Shown here in pieces: positions 13,251-26,989 of a DNA stretch of 64,000 nucleotides (positions within the stretch are counted from its first letter, which is position 1; each line of letters begins with the position of its first letter). The notes beneath the pieces are model-generated. The model was not told the origin of the DNA, searched no databases, and was given only the letters and a program-made list of their open reading frames with translations. This DNA comes from Azolla caroliniana. Taxonomy: Eukaryota; Plantae; Polypodiophyta. A program made the position numbers and the translations under genes. The stretch spans positions 1 through 64,000 of the forward strand of contig JBHGNT010000154.1 of NCBI GenBank assembly GCA_043228905.1, read 5' to 3'.

Positions 13251-16200
13251 ACACAAGCCAGGTATGAACATTTTAATTTACTCAAGGACTCCTCTCAACC
13301 CCTTCCTCAAGTTTTGTAATTTCGTCATGTCTCTCGACCTGACTTTCAAAATCTTGATTTTTTAATTCCATATCATAGCTAGCGTTGTTAGCTTCGATAC
13401 GCATGTTTGAACACAAAAATCCGATATCACACGAGCCAGGTATGAACAGTTTAATTTACTCAAGGGCTCCTCTCAACTCCTTCCTCAAGTTTGCTAATTT
13501 CGTCATGTCTCTCGACCTGACTTTGAAAATCTTGATTTTTTAATTCCATATCATAGCTAGCGTTGTTAGCTTCGATTCGCATGTTTGAACACAAAAATCC
13601 GATATCACACGAGCCAGGTATGAACATTTGAATTTACTCAAGGACTCCTCTCAACCCCTTCCTCAAGTTTGGTAATTTCGTCATGTCTCTCGACCTGAGT
13701 TTCAAAATCCTGATTTTTTAATTCCATATCATAGCTAGCGTTGTTAGCTTCGATACGCATGTTTGAACACAAAAATCCGATATCACACGAGCCAGGTATG
13801 AACAGTTTAATTTACTCAAGGGCTCCTCTCAACTCCTTCCTCAAGTTTGCTAATTTCGTCATGTCTCTCGACCTGACTTTGAAAATCTTGATTTTTTAAT
13901 TCCATATCATAGCTAGCGTTGTTAGCTTCGATTCGCATGTTTGAACACAAAAATCCGATATCACACGAGCCAGGTATGAACAGTTTAATTTACTCAAGGG
14001 CTCCTCTCAACTCCTTCCTCAAGTTTGCTAATTTCGTCATGTCTCTCGACCTGACTTTCAAAATCTTGATTTTTTAATTCCATATCATAGCTAGCGTTGT
14101 TAGCTTCGATACGCATGTTTGAACACAAAAATCCGATATCACACGAGCCAGGTATGAACAGTTTAATTTACTCAAGGGCTCCTCTCAACTCCTTCCTCAA
14201 GTTTGCTAATTTCGTCATGTCTCTCGACCTGAGTTTCAAAACCTTGATTTTTTAATTCCATATCATAGCTAGCGTTGTTAGCTTCGATACGCATGTTTGA
14301 ACACAAAAATCCGATATCACACGAGCCAGGTATGAACAGTTTAATTTACTCAAGGGCTCCTCTCAACTCCTTCCTCAAGTTTGCTAATTTCGTCATGTCT
14401 CTCGACCTGACTTTCAAAATCTTGATTTTTTAATTCCATATCATAGCTAGCGTTGTTAGCTTCGATACGCATGTTTGAACACAAAAATCCGATATCACAC
14501 GAGCCAGGTATGAACAGTTTAATTTACTCAAGGGCTCCTCTCAACTCCTTCCTCAAGTTTGCTAATTTCGTCATGTCTCTCGACCTGACTTTGAAAATCT
14601 TGATTTTTTAATTCCATATCATAGCTAGCGTTGTTAGCTTCGATTCGCATGTTTGAACACAAAAATCCGATATCACACGAGCCAGGTATGAACATTTGAA
14701 TTTACTCAAGGACTCCTCTCAACCCCTTCCTCAAGTTTGGTAATTTCGTCATGTCTCTCGACCTGAGTTTCAAAATCCTGATTTTTTAATTCCATATCAT
14801 AGCTAGCGTTGTTAGCTTCGATACGCATGTTTGAACACAAAAATCCGATATCACACGAGCCAGGTATGAACAGTTTAATTTACTCAAGGGCTCCTCTCAA
14901 CTCCTTCCTCAAGTTTGCTAATTTCGTCATGTCTCTCGACCTGACTTTGAAAATCTTGATTTTTTAATTCCATATCATAGCTAGCGTTGTTAGCTTCGAT
15001 TCGCATGTTTGAACACAAAAATCCGATATCACACGAGCCAGGTATGAACAGTTTAATTTACTCAAGGGCTCCTCTCAACTCCTTCCTCAAGTTTGCTAAT
15101 TTCGTCATGTCTCTCGACCTGACTTTCAAAATCTTGATTTTTTAATTCCATATCATAGCTAGCGTTGTTAGCTTCGATACGCATGTTTGAACACAAAAAT
15201 CCGATATCACACGAGCCAGGTATGAACAGTTTAATTTACTCAAGGGCTCCTCTCAACTCCTTCCTCAAGTTTGCTAATTTCGTCATGTCTCTCGACCTGA
15301 CTTTGAAAATCTTGATTTTTTAATTCCATATCATAGCTAGCGTTGTTAGCTTCGATTCGCATGTTTGAACACAAAAATCCGATATCACACGAGCCAGGTA
15401 TGAACAGTTTAATTTACTCAAGGGCTCCTCTCAACTCCTTCCTCAAGTTTGCTAATTTCGTCATGTCTCTCGACCTGACTTTCAAAATCTTGATTTTTTA
15501 ATTCCATATCATAGCTAGCGTTGTTAGCTTCGATTCGCATGTTTGAACACAAAAATCCGATATCACACGAGCCAGGTATGAACATTTGAATTTACTCAAG
15601 GACTGCTCTCAACTCCTTCCTCAAGTTTGCTAATTTCGTCATGTCTCTCGACCTGAGTTTCAAAACCTTGATTTTTTAATTCCATATCATAGCTAGCGTT
15701 GTTAGCTTCGATTCGCATGTTTGAACACAAAAATCCGATATCACACGAGCCAGGTATGAACATTTTAATTTACTCAAGGACTCCTCTCAACTCCTTCCTC
15801 AAGTTTGCTAATTTCGTCATGTCTCTCGACCTGAGTTTCAAAACCTTGATTTTTTAATTCCATATCATAGCTAGCATTGTTAGCTTCGATTCGCATGTTT
15901 GAACACAAAAATCCGATATAACACGAGCCAGGTATGAACATTTTAATTTACTCAAGGACTCCTCTCAACTCCTTCCTCAAGTTTGCTAATTTCGTCATGT
16001 CTCTCGACCTGAGTTTCAAAATCTGGATTTTTAAATTCCATATCATAGCTAGCGTTGTTAGCTTCGATTCGCATGTTTGAACACAAAAATCCGATATCAC
16101 ACGAGCCAGGTATGAACATTTTAATTTACTCAAGGACTCCTCTCAACTCCTTCCTCAAGTTTGCTAATTTCGTCATGTCTCTCGACCTGAGTTTCAAAAC

Positions 16201-19200
16201 CTTGATTTTTTAATTCCATATCATAGCTAGCATTGTTAGCTTCGATTCGCATGTTTGAACACAAAAATCCGATATAACACGAGCCAGGTATGAACATTTT
16301 AATTTACTCAAGGACTCCTCTCAACCCCTTCCTCAAGTTTGCTAATTTCGTCATGTCTCTCGACCTGAGTTTCAAAATCTTGATTTTTTAATTCCATATC
16401 ATAGCTAGCGTTGTTAGCTTCGATACGCATGTTTGAACACAAAAATCCGATATCACACGAGCCAGGTATGAACAGTTTAATTTACTCAAGGGCTCCTCTC
16501 AACTCCTTCCTCAAGTTTGCTAATTTCGTCATGTCTCTCGACCTGACTTTCAAAATCTTGATTTTTTAATTCCATATCATAGCTAGCGTTGTTAGCTTCG
16601 ATTCGCATGTTTGAACACAAAAATCCGATATCACACGAGCCAGGTATGAACATTTTAATTTACTCAAGGACTCCTCTCAACTCCTTCCTCAAGTTTGCTA
16701 ATTTCGTCATGTCTCTCGACCTGAGTTTCAAAACCTTGATTTTTTAATTCCATATCATAGCTAGCATTGTTAGCTTCGATTCGCATGTTTGAACACAAAA
16801 ATCCGATATCACACGAGCCAGGTATGAACATTTTAATTTACTCAAGGACTCCTCTCAACTCCTTCCTCAAGTTTGCTAATTTCGTCATGTCTCTCGACCT
16901 GAGTTTCAAAACCTTGATTTTTTAATTCCATATCATAGCTAGCATTGTTAGCTTCGATTCGCATGTTTGAACACAAAAATCCGATATAACACGAGCCAGG
17001 TATGAACATTTTAATTTACTCAAGGACTCCTCTCAACTCCTTCCTCAAGTTTGCTAATTTCGTCATGTCTCTCGACCTGAGTTTCAAAATCTGGATTTTT
17101 AAATTCCATATCATAGCTAGCGTTGTTAGCTTCGATTCGCATGTTTGAACACAAAAATCCGATATCACACGAGCCAGGTATAAACATTTTAATTTACCTA
17201 CTAGCTCTTCTCAACTCCCTCCTCAAATTTGGTAATTTCGTCAGGTCTCTCGCCCTGAGTTTCAAAATCCTGATTTTTTAATTCCATATCATAGCTAGCG
17301 TTGTTAGCTTCGATTCGCATGTTTGAACACAAAAATCCGATATCACACGAGCCAGGTATGAACAGTTTAATTTACTCAAGGGCTCCTCTCAACTGCCTCC
17401 TCAAGTTTGCTATTTTCGTCATGTCTCTCGTCCTGAGTTTCAAAATCTTGATTTTTAAATTCCATATCATAGCTAGCGTTGTTACCTTCGACTCGCATGT
17501 TTGAACACAAAAATCCGATATTACACGAGCCAGGTATGAACATTTTAATTTACTCAAGGACTCCTCTCAACTCCTTCCTCAAGTTTGCTAATTTCGTCAT
17601 GTCTCTCGACCTAAGTTTCAAAACCTTGATTTTTTAATTCCATATCATAGCTAGCATTGTTAGCTTCGATTCGCATGTTTGAACACAAAAATCCGATATA
17701 ACACGAGCCAGGTATGAACATTTTAATTTACTCAAGGACTCCTCTCAACCCCTTCCTCAAGTTTGCTAATTTCGTCATGTCTCTCGACCTGAGTTTCAAA
17801 ATCTGGATTTTTAAATTCCATATCATAGCTAGCGTTGTTAGCTTCGATTCGCATGTTTGAACACAAAAATCCGATATCACACGAGCCAGGTATAAACATT
17901 TTAATTTACCTACTAGCTCTTCTCAACTCCCTCCTCAAATTTGGTAATTTCGTCAGGTCTCTCGCCCTGAGTTTCAAAATCCTGATTTTTTAATTCCATA
18001 TCATAGCTAGCGTTGTTAGCTTCGATTCGCATGTTTGAACACAAAAATCCGATATCACACGAGCCAGGTATGAACAGTTTAATTTACTCAAGGGCTCCTC
18101 TCAACTCCCTCCTCAAGTTTGCTATTTTCGTCATGTCTCTCGACCTGAGTTTCAAAATCTTGATTTTTAAATTCCATATCATAGCTAGCGTTGTTACCTT
18201 CGACTCGCATGTTTGAACACAAAAATCCGATATCACACGAGCCAGGTATGAACATTTAAATTTACCTCCTAGCTCTTCTAACCTCACTCCTCAAATTTGG
18301 TAATTTCATCATGTCTCTCGACCTGAGTTTCAAAATCTTGATTTTTTAATTCCATATCATAACCCTAAACCCTAAAAATCCGATATAACACAAGCCAGGT
18401 ATGAACATTTTAATTTACTCAAGGACTCCTCTCAACCCCTTCCTCAAGTTTTGTAATTTCGTCATGTCTCTCGACCTGACTTTCAAAATCTTCATTTTTT
18501 AATTCCATATCATAGCTAGCGTTGTTAGCTTCGATACGCATGTTTGAACACAAAAATCTGATATCACACGAGCCAGGTATGAACAGTTTAATTTACTCAA
18601 GGGCTCCTCTCAACTCCTTCCTCAAGTTTGCTAATTTCGTCATGTCTCTCGACCTGACTTTGAAAATCTTGATTTTTTAATTCCATATCATAGCTAGCGT
18701 TGTTAGCTTCGATACGCATGTTTGAACACAAAAATCTGATATCACACGAGCCAGGTATGAACAGTTTAATTTACTCAAGGGCTCCTCTCAACTCCTTCCT
18801 CAAGTTTGCTAATTTCGTCATGTCTCTCGACCTGACTTTGAAAATCTTGATTTTTTAATTCCATATCATAGCTAGCGTTGTTAGCTTCGATTCGCATGTT
18901 TGAACACAAAAATCCGATATCACACGAGCCAGGTATGAACAGTTTAATTTACTCAAGGGCTCCTCTCAACTCCTTCCTCAAGTTTGCTAATTTCGTCATG
19001 TCTCTCGACCTGACTTTCAAAATCTTGATTTTTTAATTCCATATCATAGCTAGCGTTGTTAGCTTCGATTCGCATGTTTGAACACAAAAATCCGATATCA
19101 CACGAGCCAGGTATGAACATTTGAATTTACTCAAGGACTGCTCTCAACTCCTTCCTCAAGTTTTCTAATTTCGTCATGTCTCTCGACCTGAGTTTCAAAA

Positions 19201-21834
19201 CCTTGATTTTTTAATTCCATATCATAGCTAGCGTTGTTAGCTTCGATTCGCATGTTTGAACACAAAAATCCGATATCACACGAGCCAGGTATGAACATTT
19301 TAATTTACTCAAGGACTCCTCTCAACTCCTTCCTCAAGTTTGCTAATTTCGTCATGTCTCTCGACCTGAGTTTCAAAACCTTGATTTTTTAATTCCATAT
19401 CATAGCTAGCATTGTTAGCTTCGATTCGCATGTTTGAACACAAAAATCCGATATAACAGGAGCCAGGTATGAACATTTTAATTTACTCAAGGACTCCTCT
19501 CAACTCCTTCCTCAAGTTTGCTAATTTCGTCATGTCCCTCGACCTGAGTTTCAAAATCTAGATTTTTAAATTCCATATCATAGCTAGCGTTGTTAGCTTC
19601 GATTCGCATGTTTGAACACAAAAATCCGATATCACACGAGCCAGGTATGAACATTTTAATTTACTCAAGGACTCCTCTCAACTCCTTCCTCAAGTTTGCT
19701 AATTTCGTCATGTCTCTCGACCTGAGTTTCAAAACCTTGATTTTTTAATTCCATATCATAGCTAGCATTGTTAGCTTCGATTCGCATGTTTGAACACAAA
19801 AATCCGATATAACACGAGCCAGGTATGAACATTTTAATTTACTCAAGGACTCCTCTCAACCCCTTCCTCAAGTTTGCTAATTTCGTCATGTCTCTCGACC
19901 TGAGTTTCAAAATCTTGATTTTTTAATTCCATATCATAGCTAGCGTTGTTAGCTTCGATACGCATGTTTGAACACAAAAATCCGATATCACACGAGCCAG
20001 GTATGAACAGTTTAATTTACTCAAGGGCTCCTCTCAACTCCTTCCTCAAGTTTGCTAATTTCGTCATGTCTCTCGACCTGACTTTCAAAATCTTGATTTT
20101 TTAATTCCATATCATAGCTAGCGTTGTTAGCTTCGATTCGCATGTTTGAACACAAAAATCCGATATCACACGAGCCAGGTATGAACATTTTAATTTACTC
20201 AAGGACTCCTCTCAACTCCTTCCTCAAGTTTGCTAATTTCGTCATGTCTCTCGACCTGAGTTTCAAAACCTTGATTTTTTAATTCCATATCATAGCTAGC
20301 ATTGTTAGCTTCGATTCGCATGTTTGAACACAAAAATCCGATATCACACGAGCCAGGTATGAACATTTTAATTTACTCAAGGACTCCTCTCAACTCCTTC
20401 CTCAAGTTTGCTAATTTCGTCATGTCTCTCGACCTGAGTTTCAAAACCTTGATTTTTTAATTCCATATCATAGCTAGCATTGTTAGCTTCGATTCGCATG
20501 TTTGAACACAAAAATCCGATATAACACGAGCCAGGTATGAACATTTTAATTTACTCAAGGACTCCTCTCAACTCCTTCCTCAAGTTTGCTAATTTCGTCA
20601 TGTCTCTCGACCTGAGTTTCAAAATCTGGATTTTTAAATTCCATATCATAGCTAGCGTTGTTAGCTTCGATTCGCATGTTTGAACACAAAAATCCGATAT
20701 CACACGAGCCAGGTATAAACATTTTAATTTACCTACTAGCTCTTCTCAACTCCCTCCTCAAATTTGGTAATTTCGTCAGGTCTCTCGCCCTGAGTTTCAA
20801 AATCCTGATTTTTTAATTCCATATCATAGCTAGCGTTGTTAGCTTCGATTCGCATGTTTGAACACAAAAATCCGATATCACACGAGCCAGGTATGAACAG
20901 TTTAATTTACTCAAGGGCTCCTCTCAACTGCCTCCTCAAGTTTGCTATTTTCGTCATGTCTCTCGTCCTGAGTTTCAAAATCTTGATTTTTAAATTCCAT
21001 ATCATAGCTAGCGTTGTTACCTTCGACTCGCATGTTTGAACACAAAAATCCGATATTACACGAGCCAGGTATGAACATTTTAATTTACTCAAGGACTCCT
21101 CTCAACTCCTTCCTCAAGTTTGCTAATTTCGTCATGTCTCTCGACCTAAGTTTCAAAACCTTGATTTTTTAATTCCATATAATAGCTAGCATTGTTAGCT
21201 TCGATTCGCATGTTTGAACACAAAAATCCGATATAACACGAGCCAGGTATGAACATTTTAATTTACTCAAGGACTCCTCTCAACCCCTTCCTCAAGTTTG
21301 CTAATTTCGTCATGTCTCTCGACCTGAGTTTCAAAACCTTGATTTTTTAATTCCATATCATAGCTAGCGTTGTTAGCTTCGATTCGCATGTTTGAACACA
21401 AAAATCCGATATCACACGAGCCAGGTATAAACATTTTAATTTACCTACTAGCTCTTCTCAACTCCCTCCTCAAATTTGGTAATTTCGTCAGGTCTCTCGC
21501 CCTGAGTTTCAAAATCCTGATTTTTTAATTCCATATCATAGCTAGCGTTGTTAGCTTCGATTCGCATGTTTGAACACAAAAATCCGATATCACACGAGCC
21601 AGGTATGAACAGTTTAATTTACTCAAGGGCTCCTCTCAACTCCCTCCTCAAGTTTGCTATTTTCGTCATGTCTCTCGACCTGAGTTTCAAAATCTTGATT
21701 TTTAAATTCCATATCATAGCTAGCGTTGTTACCTTCGACTCGCATGTTTGAACACAAAAATCCGATATCACACGAGCCAGGTATGAACATTTAAATTTAC
21801 CTCCTAGCTCTTCTAACCTCACTCCTCAAATTTG
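13237..21834 (+). repeat. Tandem duplication: 13237-18361 (29 monomers) and 18374-~21834 (~20 monomers), joined by a telomeric insert
   Basis: Both copies begin with the rare combination ATAACACAAGCC...CCCCTTCC...GTTTTGTAAT (offset 5137 = 29x178-25). Their distal parts are offset by 3535 = 20x178-25 (ORFs 17301/20836, 18013/21548, 18084/21619). Confidence 0.85.
18361..18376 (-). repeat. Interstitial plant-type telomere repeats (TTTAGGG)2; + strand AACCCTAAACCCTAAA
   Basis: ACCCTAAACCCT (18362-18373) replaces 37 bp of monomer (net -25 bp, confirmed by the register shift). It is an exact in-phase match to (CCCTAAA)n over 16 nt including flanking A's. Confidence 0.9.
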
Positions 21835-24800
21835 CTAATTTCGTCATGTCTCTCGACCTAAGTTTCAAAACCTTGATTTTTTAATTCCATATCATAGCTA
21901 GCATTGTTAGCTTCGATTCGCATGTTTGAACACAAAAATCCGATATAACACGAGCCAGGTATGAACATTTTAATTTACTCAAGGACTCCTCTCAACCCCT
22001 TCCTCAAGTTTGCTAATTTCGTCATGTCTCTCGACCTGAGTTTCAAAATCTGGATTTTTAAATTCCATATCATAGCTAGCGTTGTTAGCTTCGATTCGCA
22101 TGTTTGAACACAAAAATCCGATATCACACGAGCCAGGTATAAACATTTTAATTTACCTACTAGCTCTTCTCAACTCCCTCCTCAAATTTGGTAATTTCGT
22201 CAGGTCTCTCGCCCTGAGTTTCAAAATCCTGATTTTTTAATTCCATATCATAGCTAGCGTTGTTAGCTTCGATTCGCATGTTTGAACACAAAAATCCGAC
22301 ATCACACGAGCCAGGTATGAACAGTTTAATTTACTCAAGGGCTCCTCTCAACTCCCTCCTCAAGTTTGCTATTTTCGTCATGTCTCTCGACCTGAGTTTC
22401 AAAATCTTGATTTTTAAATTCCATATCATAGCTAGCGTTGTTACCTTCGACTCGCATGTTTGAACACAAAAATCCGATATCACACGAGCCAGGTATGAAC
22501 ATTTTAATTTACTCAAGGACTCCTCTCAACTCCTTCCTCAAGTTTGCTAATTTCGTCTTGTCTCTCGACCTAAGTTTCAAAACCTTGATTTTTTAATTCC
22601 ATATCATAGCTAGCATTGTTAGCTTCGATTCGCATGTTTGAACACAAAAATCCGATATAACACGAGCCAGGTATGAACATTTTAATTTACTCAAGGACTC
22701 CTCTCAACCCCTTCCTCAAGTTTGCTAATTTCGTCATGTCTCTCGACCTGAGTTTCAAAATCTGGATTTATAAATTCCATATCATAGCTAGCGTTGTTAG
22801 CTTCGATTCGCATGTTTGAACACAAAAATCCGATATCACACGAGCCAGGTATAAACATTTTAATTTACTCAAGGGCTCCTCTCAACTCCTTCCTCAAGTT
22901 TGCTAATTTCGTCATGTCTCTCGACCTGAGTTTCAAAACCTTGATTTTTTAATTCCATATCATAGCTAGCATTGTTAGCTTCGATTCGCATGTTTGAACA
23001 CAAAAATCCGATATCACACGAGCCAGGTATGAACATTTTAATTTACTTAAGGGCTCCTCTCAACTCCTTCCTCAAATTTGCTAATTTCGTCATGTCTCTC
23101 GACCTGAGTTTCAAAATCTGGATTTTTAAATTCCATATCATAGCTAGCGTTGTTAGCTTCGATTCGCATGTTTGAACACAAAAATCCGATATCACACGAG
23201 CCAGGTATAAACATTTTAATTTACCTACTAGCTCTTCTCAACTCCCTCCTCAAATTTGGTAATTTCGTCAGGTCTCTCGACGTGAGTTTCAAAATCCTGA
23301 TTTTTTAATTCCATATCATAGCTAGCGTTGTTAGCTTCGATTCGCATGTTTGAACACAAAAATCTGATATCACACGAGCCAGGTATGAACAGTTTAATTT
23401 ACTCAAGGGCTCCTCTCAACTCCCTCCTCAAGTTTGCTATTTTCGTCATGTCTCTCGACCTAAGTTTCAAAATCTTGATTTTTTAATTCCATATCATAGC
23501 TAGCGTTGTTACCTTCGATTCGCATGTTTGAACACAAAAATCCGATATCACACGAGCCAGGTATGAACATTTTAATTTACTCAAGGGCTCCTCTCAACTC
23601 CCTCCTCAAATTTGCTAATTTCGTCATGTCTCTCGACCTTAGTTTCAAAAACTTGATTTTTTAATTCCATATCATAGCTAGGGTTGTTAGCTCTGATTCG
23701 CATGTTTGAACACAAAAATCCGATATCACACGAGCCAGGTATAAACATTTTAATTTACCTATTAGCTCTTCTCAACTCCCTCCTCAAATTTGGTAATTTC
23801 GTCAGGTCTCTCGACCTGAGTTTCAAAATCCTGATTTTTTAATTCCATATCATAGCTAGCGTTGTTAGCTTCGATTCGCATGTTTGAACACAAAAATCCG
23901 ATATCACACGAGCCAGGTATGAACAGTTTAATTTACTCAAGGGCTCCTCTCAACTCCTTCCTCAAGTTTGCTAATTTCGTCATGTCTCTCGACCTGACTT
24001 TCAAAATCTTGATTTTTTAATTCCATATTATAGCTAGCGTTGTTAGCTTCGATTCGCATGTTTGAACACAAAAATCCGATATCACACGAGCCAGGTATGA
24101 ACATTTTAATTTACTCAAGGACTGCTCTCAACTCCTTCCTCAAGTTTGCTAATTTCGTCATGTCTCTCGACCTGAGTTTCAAAACCTTGATTTTTTAATT
24201 CCATATCATAACTAGCGTTGTTAGCTTCGATTCGCATGTTTGAACACAAAAATCCGATATAACACGAGCCAGGTATGAACATTTTAATTTACTCAAGGAC
24301 TCCTCTCAACTCCTTCCTCAAGTTTGCTAATTTCGTCATGTCTCTCGACCTGAGTTTCAAAATCTGGATTTTTAAATTCCATATCATAGCTAGCGTTGTT
24401 AGCTTCGATTCGCATGTTTGAACACAAAAATCCGATATCACACGAGCCAGGTATAAACATTTTAATTTACCTACTAGCTCTTCTCAACTCCCTCCTCAAA
24501 TTTGGTAATTTCGTCAGGTCTCTCGACCTGAGTTTCAAAATCCTGATTTTTTAATTCCATATCATAGCTAGCGTTGTTAGCTTCGATTCGCATGTTTGAA
24601 CACAAAAATCCGATATCACACGAGCCAGGTATGAACAGTTTAATTTACTCAAGGGCTCCTCTCAACTCCTTCCTCAAGTTTGCTAATTTCGTCATGTCTC
24701 TCGACCTGACTTTCAAAATCTTGATTTTTTAATTCCATATTATAGCTAGCGTTGTTAGCTTCGATTCGCATGTTTGAACACAAAAATCCGATATCACACG

Positions 24801-26989
24801 AGCCAGGTATGAACAGTTTAATTTACTCAAGGGCTCCTCTCAACTCCCTCCTCAAGTTTGCTATTTTCGTCATGTCTCTCGACCTGAGTTTCAAAATCTT
24901 GATTTTTAAATTCCATATCATAGCTAGCGTTGTTACCTTCGACTCGCATGTTTGAACACAAAAATCCGATATCACTCGAGCCAGGTATGAACATTTTAAT
25001 TTACTCAAGGACTCCTCTCAACTCCTTCCTCAAGTTTGCTAATTTCGTCATGTCTCTCGACCTGAGTTTCAAAACCTTGATTTTTTAATTCCATATCATA
25101 GCTAGCGTTGTTAGCTTCGATTCGCATGTTTGAACACAAAAATCCGATATCACACGAGCCAGGTATGAACAGTTTAATTTACTCAAGGGCTCCTCTCAAC
25201 TCCCTCCTCAAGTTTGCTATTTTCGTCATGTCTCTCGACCTGAGCTTCAAAATCTTGATTTTTTAATTCCATATCATAGCTAGCGTTGTTACCTTCGACT
25301 CGCATGTTTGAACACAAAAATCCGATATCACACGAGCCAGGTATGAACATTTTAATTTACTCAAGGACTCCTCTCAACTCCTTCCTCAAGTTTGCTAATT
25401 TCGTCATGTCTCTCGACCTGAGTTTCAAAACCTTGATTTTTTAATTCCATATCATAGCTAGCATTGTTAGCTTCGATTCGCATGTTTGAACACAAAAATC
25501 CGATATAACACGAGCCAGGTATGAACATTTTAATTTACTCAAGGACTCCTCTCAACCCCTTCCTCAAGTTTGCTAATTTCGTCATGTCTCTCGACCTGAC
25601 TTTCAAAATCTTGATTTTTTAATTCCATATCATAGCTAGCGTTGTTAGCTTCGATACGCATGTTTGAACACAAAAATCCGATATCACACGAGCCAGGTAT
25701 GAACAGTTTAATTTACTCAAGGGCTCCTCTCAACTCCTTCCTCAAGTTTGCTAATTTCGTCATGTCTCTCGACCTGAGTTTCAAAACCTTGATTTTTTAA
25801 TTCCATATCATAGCTAGCGTTGTTAGCTTCGATTCGCATGTTTGAACACAAAAATCCGATATCACACGAGCCAGGTATAAACAGTTTAATTTACTCAAGG
25901 GCTCCTCTCAACTCCTTCCTCAAGTTTGCTAATTTCGTCATGTCTCTCGACCTGACTTTCAAAATCTTGATTTTTTTATTCCATATCATAGCTAGCGTTG
26001 TTAGCTTCGATTCGCATGTTTGAACACAAAAATCCGATATCACACGAGCCAGGTATGAACATTTGAATTTACTCCAGGACTGCTCTCAACTCCTTCCTCA
26101 AGTTTGCTAATTTCGTCATGTCTCTCGACCTGAGTTTCAAAACCTTGATTTTTTAATTCCATATCATAGCTAGCGTTGTTAGCTTCGATTCGCATGTTTG
26201 AACACAAAAATCCGATATAACACGAGCCAGGTATGAACATTTTAATTTACTCAAGGACTCCTCTCAACTCCTTCCTCAAGTTTGCTAATTTCGTCATGTC
26301 TCTCGACCTGAGTTTCAAAATCTGGATTTTTTAATTCCATATCATAGCTAGCGTTGTTAGCTTCGATTCGCATGTTTGAACACAAAAATCCGATATCACA
26401 CGAGCCAGGTATAAACATTTTAATTTACCTACTAGCTCTTCTCAACTCCCTCCTCAAATTTGGTAATTTCGTCAGGTCTCTCGACCTGAGTTTCAAAATC
26501 CTGATTTTTTAATTCCATATCATAGCTAGCATTGTTAGCTTCGATTCGCATGTTTGAACACAAAAATCCGATATAACACGAGCCAGGTATGAACATTTTA
26601 ATTTACTCAAGGACTCCTCTCAACCCCTTCCTCAAGTTTGGTAATTTCGTCATGTCTCTCGACCTGAGTTTCAAAATCCTGATTTTTTAATTCCATATCA
26701 TAGCTAGCGTTGTTAGCTTCGATACGCATGTTTGAACACAAAAATCCGATATCACACGAGCCAGGTATGAACAGTTTAATTTAGTCAAGGGCTCCTCTCA
26801 ACTCCTTCCTCAAGTTTGCTAATTTCGTCATGTCTCTCGACCTGACTTTCAAAATCTTGATTTTTTTATTCCATATCATAGCTAGCGTTGTTAGCTTCGA
26901 TTCGCATGTTTGAACACAAAAATCCGATATCACACGAGCCAGGTATGAACATTTGAATTTACTCAAGGACTGCTCTCAACTCCTTCCTC

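Noticed and set aside
23679-23685. Telomere-like TAGGGTT (also ~36577, ~63378, ~63556)
   Set aside because: It is a single C->G substitution in consensus TAGCGTT with no register change, so not a telomeric insertion.
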